Assembly: GCA_041604955.1 (NCBI GenBank) | Contig: JBFIZG010000010.1 | Location: forward strand, 1-24,627 | Length of the DNA stretch: 24,627 nt | Origin: Gemmatimonadales bacterium | GTDB lineage: Bacteria; Gemmatimonadota; Gemmatimonadetes; Gemmatimonadales; GWC2-71-9 | Direction: 5' to 3' | Part shown: in pieces, positions 17,626 to 24,627 of the stretch | How positions within the stretch are numbered: the stretch's first letter is position 1 | How the letters are laid out: the number at the start of each line of letters is the position of its first letter | Position numbers and translations under genes: made by a program | The notes under the pieces: model-generated | What the model was told of the DNA's origin: nothing | Databases searched by the model: none | The model's input: the letters and a program-made list of their open reading frames with translations, nothing else

Positions 17626-18540
17626 CTACCGCCCGGCCAGCTGGCTGGCCAGGTAGAGCGCCCGGAGGCCGATCAAGGCCCTTTGCTCGTGCGCGGCATC
17701 GTCGAATGCCCCGCTCCCTCGCTGCAAAGTACACAAAGTCGGTGCCGTTTGCAGCACAGCCGTCTGAGCGGCTGGGGTGGGTACCGCCAGGAGCACGTCC
17801 AACGCGTGAAACAAATCGACGCCAACCCAGTTCCCCTCTGAGTCTTGGCAATCGGTGGCGCGGGCGGTGAGACGCTGCATGTGAGGGCGGTATTCGAACG
17901 GCGCCGCCGCGAAGGCGCCGAGGGCGAAACAAACCAGGTCCGGCGACCATATGCCGTGTGCGTTCTCCAGCGCGTCGGACAGAAGTACCAAACTCTCGAG
18001 ATGCGTTTGCACGCCGGGTCGCCGATCTTCGCCGGCCAACAGGACGATCCGCAAAGCAAAACAGCTTGCGGCGAACCTCGCTGCCTCCTCGCCGGTAATC
18101 ATGACGCCCGAGGGAAACGCGACCGCCGCCGCCGTTTCATCGCGAGTGGCGGGCGAGAAAAACCCGCTCACGTAGTGGCAGCACATCTTGATCTCATGAC
18201 GCTGCTCGGTGCAGCCCTCGGCAAAGTGACCGGCGCCGTTTTGCGTGGAGAGCACGTAACCAAGGGTTCTCACGACCGCGGCATGATCTCTGGGACACCC
18301 GAGTTCGAGCAATTCCCACGTGGTCCACGCGGTCTGAATCAACGATCCGTTGACACTCCCATCCATCCGCGTCGCGCGGCGGCGCTCTCGGATCAGATGC
18401 TCGGCAAGCTCGTTGTCTCCCCGACGAACACGCCGTAACAAGGCGCGCGCCTGGACTCCGGCTCGAGTCTCCCGCTCCGCAAAGAAACTCGCGGCTCGTT
18501 CGACTGCTTCGTCTAGATCGAGTGCTTGCTGAATGGACAT
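17626..18540 (-). CDS. Hypothetical protein, about 304 aa, with possible alpha/alpha-toroid-like repeats (Q-x-x-G-x-W-like segments)
   Basis: Long ORF with a GGAG Shine-Dalgarno about 9 nt before the ATG at 18540 (MSIQQALDLDEAV...). The ORF-track start at 18645 is a TTG with no Shine-Dalgarno. Sequence elements CQDSEGNWVG and TQNGAGHF resemble QW-type repeats; there are no confident family hallmarks. Confidence 0.5.
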   Translation of the reverse strand: MSIQQALDLDEAVERAASFFAERETRAGVQARALLRRVRRGDNELAEHLIRERRRATRMDGSVNGSLIQTAWTTWELLELGCPRDHAAVVRTLGYVLSTQNGAGHFAEGCTEQRHEIKMCCHYVSGFFSPATRDETAAAVAFPSGVMITGEEAARFAASCFALRIVLLAGEDRRPGVQTHLESLVLLSDALENAHGIWSPDLVCFALGAFAAAPFEYRPHMQRLTARATDCQDSEGNWVGVDLFHALDVLLAVPTPAAQTAVLQTAPTLCTLQRGSGAFDDAAHEQRALIGLRALYLASQLAGR

Positions 18541-18700
18541 GTGATCACTACTCCGGTCATACACGTGGTCGTGATGTGCTGTGCCCGGTCCGGGTTCTTC
18601 GAGGACACCCGGCTGCCCTCGGGAGATCGATTCCTCGTGTTGCAAGCTTCAGACACTAAAGATGGGATTCGGTCAGGCCCCTGGCTAGGGGTCGGCAGAG

Positions 18701-18719
18701 GTCACGAATTATTTGTGAC
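18701..18719. promoter_or_regulatory. Perfect inverted repeat GTCAC-N9-GTGAC (GTCACGAATTATTTGTGAC), a candidate operator in the divergent intergenic region
   Basis: Read directly from the sequence. It is AT-rich and centred within the 215-bp gap between divergent genes. Confidence 0.3.
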
Positions 18720-18755
18720 TTCGAGCCTTGCCGCCTCGGACGCCCTGCCGCATCA

Positions 18756-21035
18756 ATGGTGCCTATGTATGGAATAATATACTCAGGCGTACCGCATCGC
18801 GGTTCTGTCGGGCGTTTTGTACGCTGGATCACCGTCACGACACTGGTGATGTACGGGATGCTGGCACCGCAATCATCGAGTGCGCAAGGTGTTGCAGAGG
18901 TGCAGCTCGCGCCCGTCACCATTACGCTCGGGATCGGTGAGCGGAGGGAATTGCTCGCCTCCGCGTACGATGCCCGAGGCGACAACATCACCACGGCCCA
19001 GTTTTCGTGGACGACCAGCAATCCGGAAGTCGTGTGGATCGAGGAAGACGCCGGCATTCCCGGTATCGCCGTCCTCATCGGCGCCGCTCCCGGACTCGCA
19101 ACCGTCCAGGCGCGGATCGGCAATTATCATGCGTCAGCGGCGGTCCAGGTGACACAATCGCCCGGAGGGAGGCAGGAAGGACGATCCGGACCTGCCACCG
19201 TGCTCCAGATAGAACCGGGTTCTGTCTTTTTGCTCCCCTCGGAAGGCATACAGCTCTCTCCGGTCTTCTTGAAGGACGACGGCTCACCCGCGGCGCGGAC
19301 ACCGGTAATGTGGAAGTCCCTGCGGTCGGACGTCGCAACCGTCACTGCCGAAGGCGCCGTGGTCGGAGTGTCGCCAGGGCAGGGTGTCATCGAAGCCTCC
19401 ACGCCTCAGGGACTGCTTGCGCGCGTGACGGTTCAAGTCGCGCAGACGGAGTTCGCTTTCGGCGATCCGGTGTTGACCTTGTCACCGGGCCAACGGGACA
19501 CGATTCGCACGACAGTGCCCGAGCAAAACGACCGGTTGTTGTCGCCGCGACGTCTCGTGTGGCGTTCAACGAACAGTGCCGTCGTTCAGGTTTCGCCGAT
19601 TGGCCTCGTCACCGGAATCCGCGCGGGCAGCGCGCAGATCGTGGTGTCGGGATTTGGGCAAGAGAGTCGGTTGCCTGTCGTGGTGCATCGGCCCGTCGAA
19701 ATCCTCGAGGTGGCCCCCAAGGCCTCGGCTGGAACGATCGGCGTCCCATTGGGAGGCTCGCGCACCTTTACGGTACGAGCGTTGGCTGATGACGATACAC
19801 CGGTAGCGGAAGCACCACTGATCTGGAGCATCTCCGACACGACCGTGGCATCGCTCGACATAGAAACGGGACGGGTCACCGGGAAAGCAATGGGACGCGC
19901 GGACCTCACGGTCAAAGCGCCCGGAGAAGGCCTGCAGGTTACGTGGGGTCTGGACGTCGTGTCCGGCGGGCTCGCGCTGGACGCGCCTGCGATCGCGATC
20001 GGATTGTCCGACGAAACAACGCTGACCGCCTCGTTCTTGGATGATACGGGCGCTCCCGTCAGCGACGCTGCTGGGCTCGAATGGATTTCGATGGACAACA
20101 GCGTCGTTCAAGTCGACGACGATGGTCGAGTCAGTCCCGTGTCGTTGGGTTACGCGTCGGTCATCGCGGCAACACCGTGGGGAGCGGCGGACACGGCGAT
20201 GGTATACGTCCTCGGAGACATCTTGGTAACGTCGACGCGCGTTGGTACCGCGGACTTGTTCACGTTCGATCGGAGCAAACCGGGGATCTTTCACCGTATT
20301 ACCGACTTGCCGGGAAGCGAGCTGAGTGGCGTCTTTTCACCGGACGGAACAAAGATCGCATTCATCTCGGATGCTGGCTCGAGCCTGGACATCTATGTCG
20401 CCGACGCCAACGGTGCGAACGCCGCTCCGGTTGCGTCCACGCCGGCGCAGGAAGGGTCGCCCGCCTGGACACCGGATGGAACGCGCCTCGTTTACGAATC
20501 GGATGAAGGTGGCACCATCCAAATCTGGATCATGGATCTCGACGGGACGAACAAACGACAACTGACCGCGGGCAACGCCCCGAACATCCAGCCGACGGTC
20601 TCGCCGGACGGAACGACGATTGCCTTCACGTCGACTCGCTCCGGTAACTACGACATCTACCTCATGAACCTCGACGGCAGCGATCAGCGCTACTTTACCA
20701 ACTCCACTGCCAACGAGACCCAACCCGAATGGGCCGGCAACGAGGCGATCGTATACATTGCCGAGGCGCGTTCGAAGAAGAACACCACGAGAGTGGTGAC
20801 ACGGATGGAGCTGGGGCGTCAAACGAGCGTGCTGACCCCGGAAGCGTTGGCGGTGTCCGACTTCGCGATCTCGCCAGCCGGCGACATGCTCGCCGTGGTG
20901 GTAAGTGCGGAGGGGTCTCGAGGCCGGGTGGAGCGACGCCTGTACTTGATTCCCGTGACCGCGGCGGGCATGCCGATCGAAGTCCCGCGGGCCACCGACA
21001 CCGACCAGCTCGTCACGCCGTCGTTCCGTCGCTAA
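18756..21035 (+). CDS. Secreted protein with multiple Big_2 (bacterial Ig-like) repeats fused to a C-terminal TolB-like (PD40/WD40-like) beta-propeller, 759 aa
   Basis: Signal peptide RFVRWITVTTLVMYGMLAPQSSSA|QG. Repeated segments of about 90 aa each contain an ...ATVTA.G.VTG...G.A.I.A... Big_2-like pattern. The C-terminus has PD40 repeats (SPDGTKIAFISD...DIYVAD; WTPDGTRLVYESD...IWIMDLDG; SPDGTTIAFTS...DIYLMNLDG). The start could be 18756 or 18765. Confidence 0.8.
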   Translation: MVPMYGIIYSGVPHRGSVGRFVRWITVTTLVMYGMLAPQSSSAQGVAEVQLAPVTITLGIGERRELLASAYDARGDNITTAQFSWTTSNPEVVWIEEDAGIPGIAVLIGAAPGLATVQARIGNYHASAAVQVTQSPGGRQEGRSGPATVLQIEPGSVFLLPSEGIQLSPVFLKDDGSPAARTPVMWKSLRSDVATVTAEGAVVGVSPGQGVIEASTPQGLLARVTVQVAQTEFAFGDPVLTLSPGQRDTIRTTVPEQNDRLLSPRRLVWRSTNSAVVQVSPIGLVTGIRAGSAQIVVSGFGQESRLPVVVHRPVEILEVAPKASAGTIGVPLGGSRTFTVRALADDDTPVAEAPLIWSISDTTVASLDIETGRVTGKAMGRADLTVKAPGEGLQVTWGLDVVSGGLALDAPAIAIGLSDETTLTASFLDDTGAPVSDAAGLEWISMDNSVVQVDDDGRVSPVSLGYASVIAATPWGAADTAMVYVLGDILVTSTRVGTADLFTFDRSKPGIFHRITDLPGSELSGVFSPDGTKIAFISDAGSSLDIYVADANGANAAPVASTPAQEGSPAWTPDGTRLVYESDEGGTIQIWIMDLDGTNKRQLTAGNAPNIQPTVSPDGTTIAFTSTRSGNYDIYLMNLDGSDQRYFTNSTANETQPEWAGNEAIVYIAEARSKKNTTRVVTRMELGRQTSVLTPEALAVSDFAISPAGDMLAVVVSAEGSRGRVERRLYLIPVTAAGMPIEVPRATDTDQLVTPSFRR

Positions 21036-21225
21036 CGAACACGGGGCGGTCTACGCACCGCTTCGTACTGCAGCCTCTTCTGCGTTCCGCAGGCACAACC
21101 GATCGCCGGAACTCGAGCGCGTTTCTCGCTACAGCGCCGGTCCCTGTTTTCACTAATTACGCTCCGGATATTCCCGGAGCACCCGTTCCCGTGCAGATTA
21201 CGTCGTTCCCAACCGGAAAGAGGAT

Positions 21226-22278
21226 ATGAAGGCTCTCGTCATGCGCGGTCACGGCGATCTATCGCAACTCGCCGTTGGAGGAACCAATCGTCCGGACCTG
21301 GTCAATCCGAACGACGTGCTCGTCAAGTTGAAAGCCGCCGCGCTGAATCACTTGGATCTGTGGACGCTCGACGGACTCCCTGGTCTGTCACTCGAGTTTC
21401 CTCATGTGTTGGGCGGAGACGGGGCGGGCATGATTGCCGAGGTCGGTCCCGCGGTCACCCGGGTGCAACGCGGTGACAAGGTGCTGTTGAACCCGGGGAT
21501 TTCCTGCTATCGGTGCGATTGGTGCTTGGCCGGCGAGCATTCCCTTTGTGAGACGTATCGTCTTCTGGGTGAGCACCTCCCCGGAACGTTGGCCGAGTTC
21601 GTGGTGGTGCCGGAGCAAAACGTCGTCACGCTCCCGACACCCGAGCCGCCTCACAGCGAACTGAGTTGGGCGGAGGCGGCCGCGTTTTCGCTTTCCACCC
21701 TCACGGCGTGGCGCATGCTGGTCACGAGAGCGCAGGTCCGGCCGGGAGAGCGCGTCTTGCTCTGGGGCGTTGGGGGCGGCGTGGGCAGCAGCGCGCTCAA
21801 GATTGCCAAACTGGCCGGCGCCTTCGTGATTGCGACGTCATCCAGCGACCGAAAACTCCGTGTCGCACAATCAATGGGTGCGGATGCAACGATCAATCAC
21901 CGGGACGCCGACGTCGTAAAAGAGGTCCGGAAGCTGACTGGCAGCGTTCGTGGTGTCGATGTGGTCGTGGAAAACGTTGGGGAAGCGACCTGGCAGAACT
22001 CGCTTCGGGTACTCGCGCCCCGTGGCCGCATAGTCACGTGTGGCGGCACCACCGGCCCCAACGTCGTTACCGACGTACGGAAGCTGTATTGGTACCAGTG
22101 GTCGATCCTGGGGTCGACCATGGGTAACGCAGCTGAATACCTCGAAATCGTACGGCTACTCGGTCAGGGACACCTGCGTCCCGTCGTCGACTCCGTGCAT
22201 CCGTTGGATGACGCGGTCGAGGCGTTTCGCCGTCTCCGGTCGGGCGAGCAGATGGGTAAAGTGGTTGTCGAGATCTGA
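21226..22278 (+). CDS. Zinc-type alcohol dehydrogenase / quinone oxidoreductase (MDR superfamily), 350 aa
   Basis: GDGAGMIAEVG, GISCYRCDWCLAGEHSLCE (structural zinc Cys cluster), LLWGVGGGVGSSALKIAKLAG (NAD(P) Rossmann). A GGAAAGAGG Shine-Dalgarno precedes the ATG. Confidence 0.85.
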   Translation: MKALVMRGHGDLSQLAVGGTNRPDLVNPNDVLVKLKAAALNHLDLWTLDGLPGLSLEFPHVLGGDGAGMIAEVGPAVTRVQRGDKVLLNPGISCYRCDWCLAGEHSLCETYRLLGEHLPGTLAEFVVVPEQNVVTLPTPEPPHSELSWAEAAAFSLSTLTAWRMLVTRAQVRPGERVLLWGVGGGVGSSALKIAKLAGAFVIATSSSDRKLRVAQSMGADATINHRDADVVKEVRKLTGSVRGVDVVVENVGEATWQNSLRVLAPRGRIVTCGGTTGPNVVTDVRKLYWYQWSILGSTMGNAAEYLEIVRLLGQGHLRPVVDSVHPLDDAVEAFRRLRSGEQMGKVVVEI

Positions 22279-22286
22279 GCCGGTCA

Positions 22287-22305
22287 GGCGCTTCTGCGAA
22301 GCGCC
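22287..22305 (+). terminator. Putative terminator hairpin GGCGCTTC-tgc-GAAGCGCC, 9 nt after the ADH stop
   Basis: Perfect 8-bp GC-rich stem with a 3-nt loop directly after the TGA at 22276-22278. The tail is AUUGUCGAG, only weakly U-rich. Confidence 0.45.
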
Positions 22306-22316
22306 ATTGTCGAGTG

Positions 22317-22344
22317 CAGATTGCAGATTGGTGATTTCAGATTG
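22317..22344. repeat. Direct repeats of CAGATTG (x3; GATTG/GATTt x4 with 6-8 bp period)
   Basis: gtgCAGATTGCAGATTGgtgatttCAGATTGatc, read directly. It is an AT-richer island in a GC-rich intergenic region. Confidence 0.5.
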
Positions 22345-22409
22345 ATCTATCGTTCTGCTTGCCGCCCTGCCGCCCGTCCGCCATTTCGCAAGTAGATCCG
22401 CAGCTACGA

Positions 22410-22427
22410 TTGTCGCTCGAGCGACAA
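22410..22427. repeat. Perfect 18-bp palindrome TTGTCGCTC|GAGCGACAA, followed by CCACGTGG (22433-22440)
   Basis: Read directly; self-complementary with no mismatches. Confidence 0.5.
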
Positions 22428-22456
22428 AAGGCGCCACGTGGTACCAGATGAGAAAA

Positions 22457-22478
22457 GCCCCGGCGCGAACACCGGGGC
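22457..22478 (-). terminator. Rho-independent terminator on the minus strand (GCCCCGG-loop-CCGGGGC followed by UUUUCUC)
   Basis: The minus-strand RNA would read GCCCCGGUGUUCGCGCCGGGGC UUUUCUCAUCUGG. The hairpin is followed by a U-tract (forward strand AGAAAAG at 22451-22457), and it lies 41 nt after the stop of the small minus-strand ORF. Confidence 0.5.
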
Positions 22479-22519
22479 ATCTATCTGTAAAAGGCCGAGT
22501 CGGGTGGTGTGATGATCCC

Positions 22520-22747
22520 CTACTCCCGCCTGAGGTAGTACGTCGCGCCGTTGGTGCGGAGCACTAGCCGTCCGCTGGGAGCGACGATCGTGCCGATCCG
22601 TTCACCGGCGCTGTCAAAGAGCGGTAACGATCGGGTGGAACGAGCCAGAGATCTCGGGGTCGCTGCCCGACTGCGGGTGACACCGTTACGCTTCCTCCGC
22701 AAGAACGGCATTCGCATGTCCCGAATCGGTGTGTCCGGCGAAATCTT
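22520..22747 (-). CDS. Small Arg-rich hypothetical protein (about 75 aa from MKISPDTP...; the ORF-track version is 115 aa from 22867)
   Basis: The last 12 codons have 100% GC3 (…RTNGATYYLRRE*). A GGGAAG Shine-Dalgarno-like sequence lies 8 nt before the ATG at 22747, and a dedicated terminator sits downstream. Over the rest of the ORF, codon-position GC is not strongly gene-like, and an antisense ORF (22551..22778) competes. Confidence 0.3.
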   Translation of the reverse strand, partial: KISPDTPIRDMRMPFLRRKRNGVTRSRAATPRSLARSTRSLPLFDSAGERIGTIVAPSGRLVLRTNGATYYLRRE

Positions 22748-22887
22748 CATGCCATCATCTTCCCTGATTCGATCGTGATCTCGTTGTCGGGTTCGTAGGA
22801 TTAGACGCGCCGACGAGGCAAAGGGTTGCACCGGTCCTCCGATGTCCTCGGCTCGTCCGTGACGCACGGTCGGCTTTTGGGGCTGCT

Positions 22888-22915
22888 TGGGAGAATGCTG
22901 TCGAGCGCGTAGAAT
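22888..22915 (+). promoter_or_regulatory. Candidate sigma70-type promoter TTGGGA-N16-TAGAAT upstream of the efflux adaptor gene
   Basis: -35-like TTGGGA at 22888-22893; -10-like TAGAAT at 22910-22915. This would give a roughly 160-nt leader to the ATG at 23080. Motif match only. Confidence 0.3.
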
Positions 22916-23079
22916 CGCTTGGGGCGCCGGCTTTTCGGGTATATTCCCGTTGGAGTCCGCTGACCATATTCGAACCCTGGCGCGACGTTCCGGTCCATAC
23001 GGGCATCCTACGACAGGTCACCCACGTCCACGTGCAGCTTTCGGTGCTCTGCCGGCGAGACTCATTGACGGGATCTTTT

Positions 23080-24264
23080 ATGGCCATTTCCAGACGTCTC
23101 ATCGGATCCGCCGTCGCGATCGTGATCGTGATCGTCCTCGCGTTGGGTGCGTATTGGCGCATCACGACGGCGGCGACGAGTGACGCCCCCGCGGACGGCG
23201 CCGATGACGATGCACGTCCCGACGTGGCCGCGGCGGGAGCGTTCGCAACCAACCTGGCCATTCCCGTTGGCGGGGCGACGGCGAGGCGCGACACGTTGGT
23301 GATATCGGTGTCGGCGGCCGCAGAAGCCGCGGCCGAAAAGAAGGCGGTGCTCCTTGCCAGAGTACAGGGCCGCGTGACGCGCGTGTATGTGGGTGAAAAC
23401 CAGCCCGTGCGAAGCGGCGCGCTTCTTCTCTCCATTGACAGTACGGAACACGCGTTGGCGGTGGACCGCGCGCGCGCGGCGCTCACGCGTGCCGAGGCGT
23501 CATTTCAGGAACTCACGCTGTTCGACGACCAGATCGCCGATCCGGAAATCCGCATGGAACGAGACCGCATCGCGCGCGCGAAGAGCGGTCTGGACGAAGC
23601 GCGAGTCGAGTTGCGACAACGGCAACTCGAACTCGATCGCACTCGGGTACACGCGCCGTTCCGAGGCCGGGTCGCAAGTATTCGCGTCGTGCAGGGTCAA
23701 CTCGTGAGCGCCGGAGATGAGCTGCTGACCGTCGTCGACATGAACCCCATCAAGGTGGAAGTACAAGTACTCGAGAGTGAGGTCGGTTATCTCACTCCCG
23801 GTCGGAGCGCCACCGTTTCGTTTGCCGCGTTTCCCACCGAGCAATTTGCGGGAACCATTGCGACCATCAATCCCGTCGTCGAGCAAGACACGCGCACCGC
23901 TCGGGTGACGGTGCGCGTTTCCAATCCGGACGGCCGGATTCTTCCAGGAATGTATGCCCGGGTGTCGATGGAGGCGCGGGAGTTCCCCAATCGGTTGCTC
24001 GTGCCGCGAAGCGCAATTCTCGAACGCGATCGGCGGACGATGTTGTTCGTATTCACCGGCGAAGGTCAAACGGGATTAGCCAAATGGCGGTACGTGACGA
24101 CCGGTCTCATGAACGACTCGTTGGTGGAGCTCGTAGACGATCCGGAGGTGGATGAGGTCGAGGACGGGGAAATCGTACTGACCGACGGTCACTATACGCT
24201 GATTCACGATGCCACCGTGCGGTTGGTCAACGACGTTCGGTCGGCGGGTGGGAGGCCGCGGTGA
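23080..24264 (+). CDS. Efflux transporter periplasmic adaptor subunit (membrane fusion protein, HlyD/RND-MFP family)
   Basis: N-terminal anchor MAISRRLIGSAVAIVIVIVLALGAYW, coiled-coil region (ALAVDRARAALTRAEASFQEL...RQRQLELDRTRVHAPFRGRV), beta-barrel and lipoyl-like motifs (VHAPFRGRVASIRVVQGQLVSAGDELLTVVDMNPIKVEVQV). The ORF-track start, the GTG at 23032, is the alternative. Confidence 0.8.
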   Translation: MAISRRLIGSAVAIVIVIVLALGAYWRITTAATSDAPADGADDDARPDVAAAGAFATNLAIPVGGATARRDTLVISVSAAAEAAAEKKAVLLARVQGRVTRVYVGENQPVRSGALLLSIDSTEHALAVDRARAALTRAEASFQELTLFDDQIADPEIRMERDRIARAKSGLDEARVELRQRQLELDRTRVHAPFRGRVASIRVVQGQLVSAGDELLTVVDMNPIKVEVQVLESEVGYLTPGRSATVSFAAFPTEQFAGTIATINPVVEQDTRTARVTVRVSNPDGRILPGMYARVSMEAREFPNRLLVPRSAILERDRRTMLFVFTGEGQTGLAKWRYVTTGLMNDSLVELVDDPEVDEVEDGEIVLTDGHYTLIHDATVRLVNDVRSAGGRPR

Positions 24265-24627
24265 GACAAGCGATCGGCGTGGTGCTCGGGATCTGCGCCG
24301 TGGTGGTGCGTGGTGAGGCGCAGGTGCCCGCACGTCTATCGCTCGACGAGGCTTTGGAACTCGCCCGTGAACGAAACCCCGCGTACCGGCGAGCGTTGGC
24401 CCAGGCGGATGCCACCGGCGCCGACATCGCAGCCGGGGTCGGCGCGTTTTTGCCGAACTTGACGGGCAATCTGAACTTCAGTGGGAGTTCGAACACGGTC
24501 GTCACGGGGACGGACGATTTCGGTAAACCCATCGAGTTGACAGACCCGCTCACGTTCCGAAACAGCGCCGCATCGCAGGGTCTCTCGACCAACATCACCT
24601 TGTTCGATGGGTTGCAGAACCTACACA
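24261..24627 (+). CDS. TolC-family outer membrane efflux protein (partial; N-terminus only, continues beyond the right window edge)
   Basis: GTG start overlapping the MFP stop (GTGA), preceded by GGGAGG. Signal peptide MRQAIGVVLGICAVVVRGEAQ, then LSLDEALELARERNPAYRRALAQADATGADIAAGVGAFLPNLTGNLNFSGSS, typical of the first TolC repeat. Confidence 0.75.
   Translation, partial: MRQAIGVVLGICAVVVRGEAQVPARLSLDEALELARERNPAYRRALAQADATGADIAAGVGAFLPNLTGNLNFSGSSNTVVTGTDDFGKPIELTDPLTFRNSAASQGLSTNITLFDGLQNLH

Noticed and set aside
18701-18719. The inverted repeat as a canonical CRP site
   Set aside because: The half-sites are everted (TCAC...GTGA with a 9-11 bp spacer) rather than TGTGA-N6-TCACA. It is kept only as a generic operator candidate.
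19007-20294. Several 170-260-aa ORFs on both strands (19007..19789 +, 19566..20294 -, 19586..20098 -)
   Set aside because: They overlap the Big_2/TolB gene in alternate frames and are Arg/Pro-rich. These are high-GC artefacts.
21161-21180. GCTCCGG-atattc-CCGGAGC hairpin in the Big_2/TolB to ADH intergenic region, considered as a terminator
   Set aside because: It lies 125 nt past the upstream stop, and no U-tract follows on the plus strand. Its role is unclear; it may be a leader structure for the ADH gene.
22960-22982. GGTTCGAAT T-loop-like motif on the minus strand, considered as a tRNA
   Set aside because: The flanking sequence lacks a complementary T-stem or acceptor stem, and no cloverleaf can be drawn.
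22755-23486. 243-aa minus-strand ORF
   Set aside because: It is antisense to the well-supported MFP gene and to its promoter/leader. Its composition is Ala/Arg/Ser/Thr-rich low complexity, so it is not called as a gene.
1-24627. Mobile elements, prophage, CRISPR arrays, rRNA or tRNA genes
   Set aside because: No transposase, integrase or Cas-like ORFs, no regular repeat-spacer arrays, and no rRNA- or tRNA-like conserved motifs were found in the intergenic regions.

Overview
High-GC bacterial chromosomal window (composition and gene content resemble Gemmatimonadota or Acidobacteria-like genomes). It is densely coding, with no mobile-element, phage or CRISPR signatures. Features from left to right: two SDR oxidoreductases (the first truncated at the window edge and absent from the ORF track); a Tat-signal DUF1501 plus DUF1800 gene pair; a divergently transcribed EF-G paralogue with a degenerate G4 motif; then a roughly 11.6 kb co-directional minus-strand gene array, split into two tightly coupled blocks by a 113-bp gap at 14412..14524. 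The upstream block (18540 down to 14525) is alpha/alpha-like unknown, RNase HI, dCMP deaminase, double-zinc-ribbon protein and isopropylmalate/tartrate-dehydrogenase family enzyme. The downstream block (14411 down to 7062) is thiolase, SPFH/band-7 protein, unknown membrane-anchored protein, 3-hydroxybutyryl-CoA dehydrogenase, 4-TM His/Glu-tailed membrane protein, lipoprotein, eukaryotic-type squalene synthase, then thyA and folA with overlapping stop/start. On the plus strand: a large secreted protein combining Big_2 Ig-like repeats with a TolB-type beta-propeller; an MDR/zinc-type alcohol dehydrogenase; a palindrome- and direct-repeat-rich convergent intergenic region with a small Arg-rich ORF; and an efflux adaptor (MFP) plus TolC-like outer-membrane factor running off the right edge. 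The most distinctive observations are: (i) the translationally coupled chain linking acetoacetyl-CoA metabolism, an SPFH scaffold protein, unknown membrane proteins and squalene synthase; (ii) the EF-G paralogue lacking the NKxD guanine-specificity motif; (iii) an unexplained repeat and palindrome cluster at 22.3-22.5 kb; (iv) GTCACG...TGTGA inverted repeats in two promoter regions.
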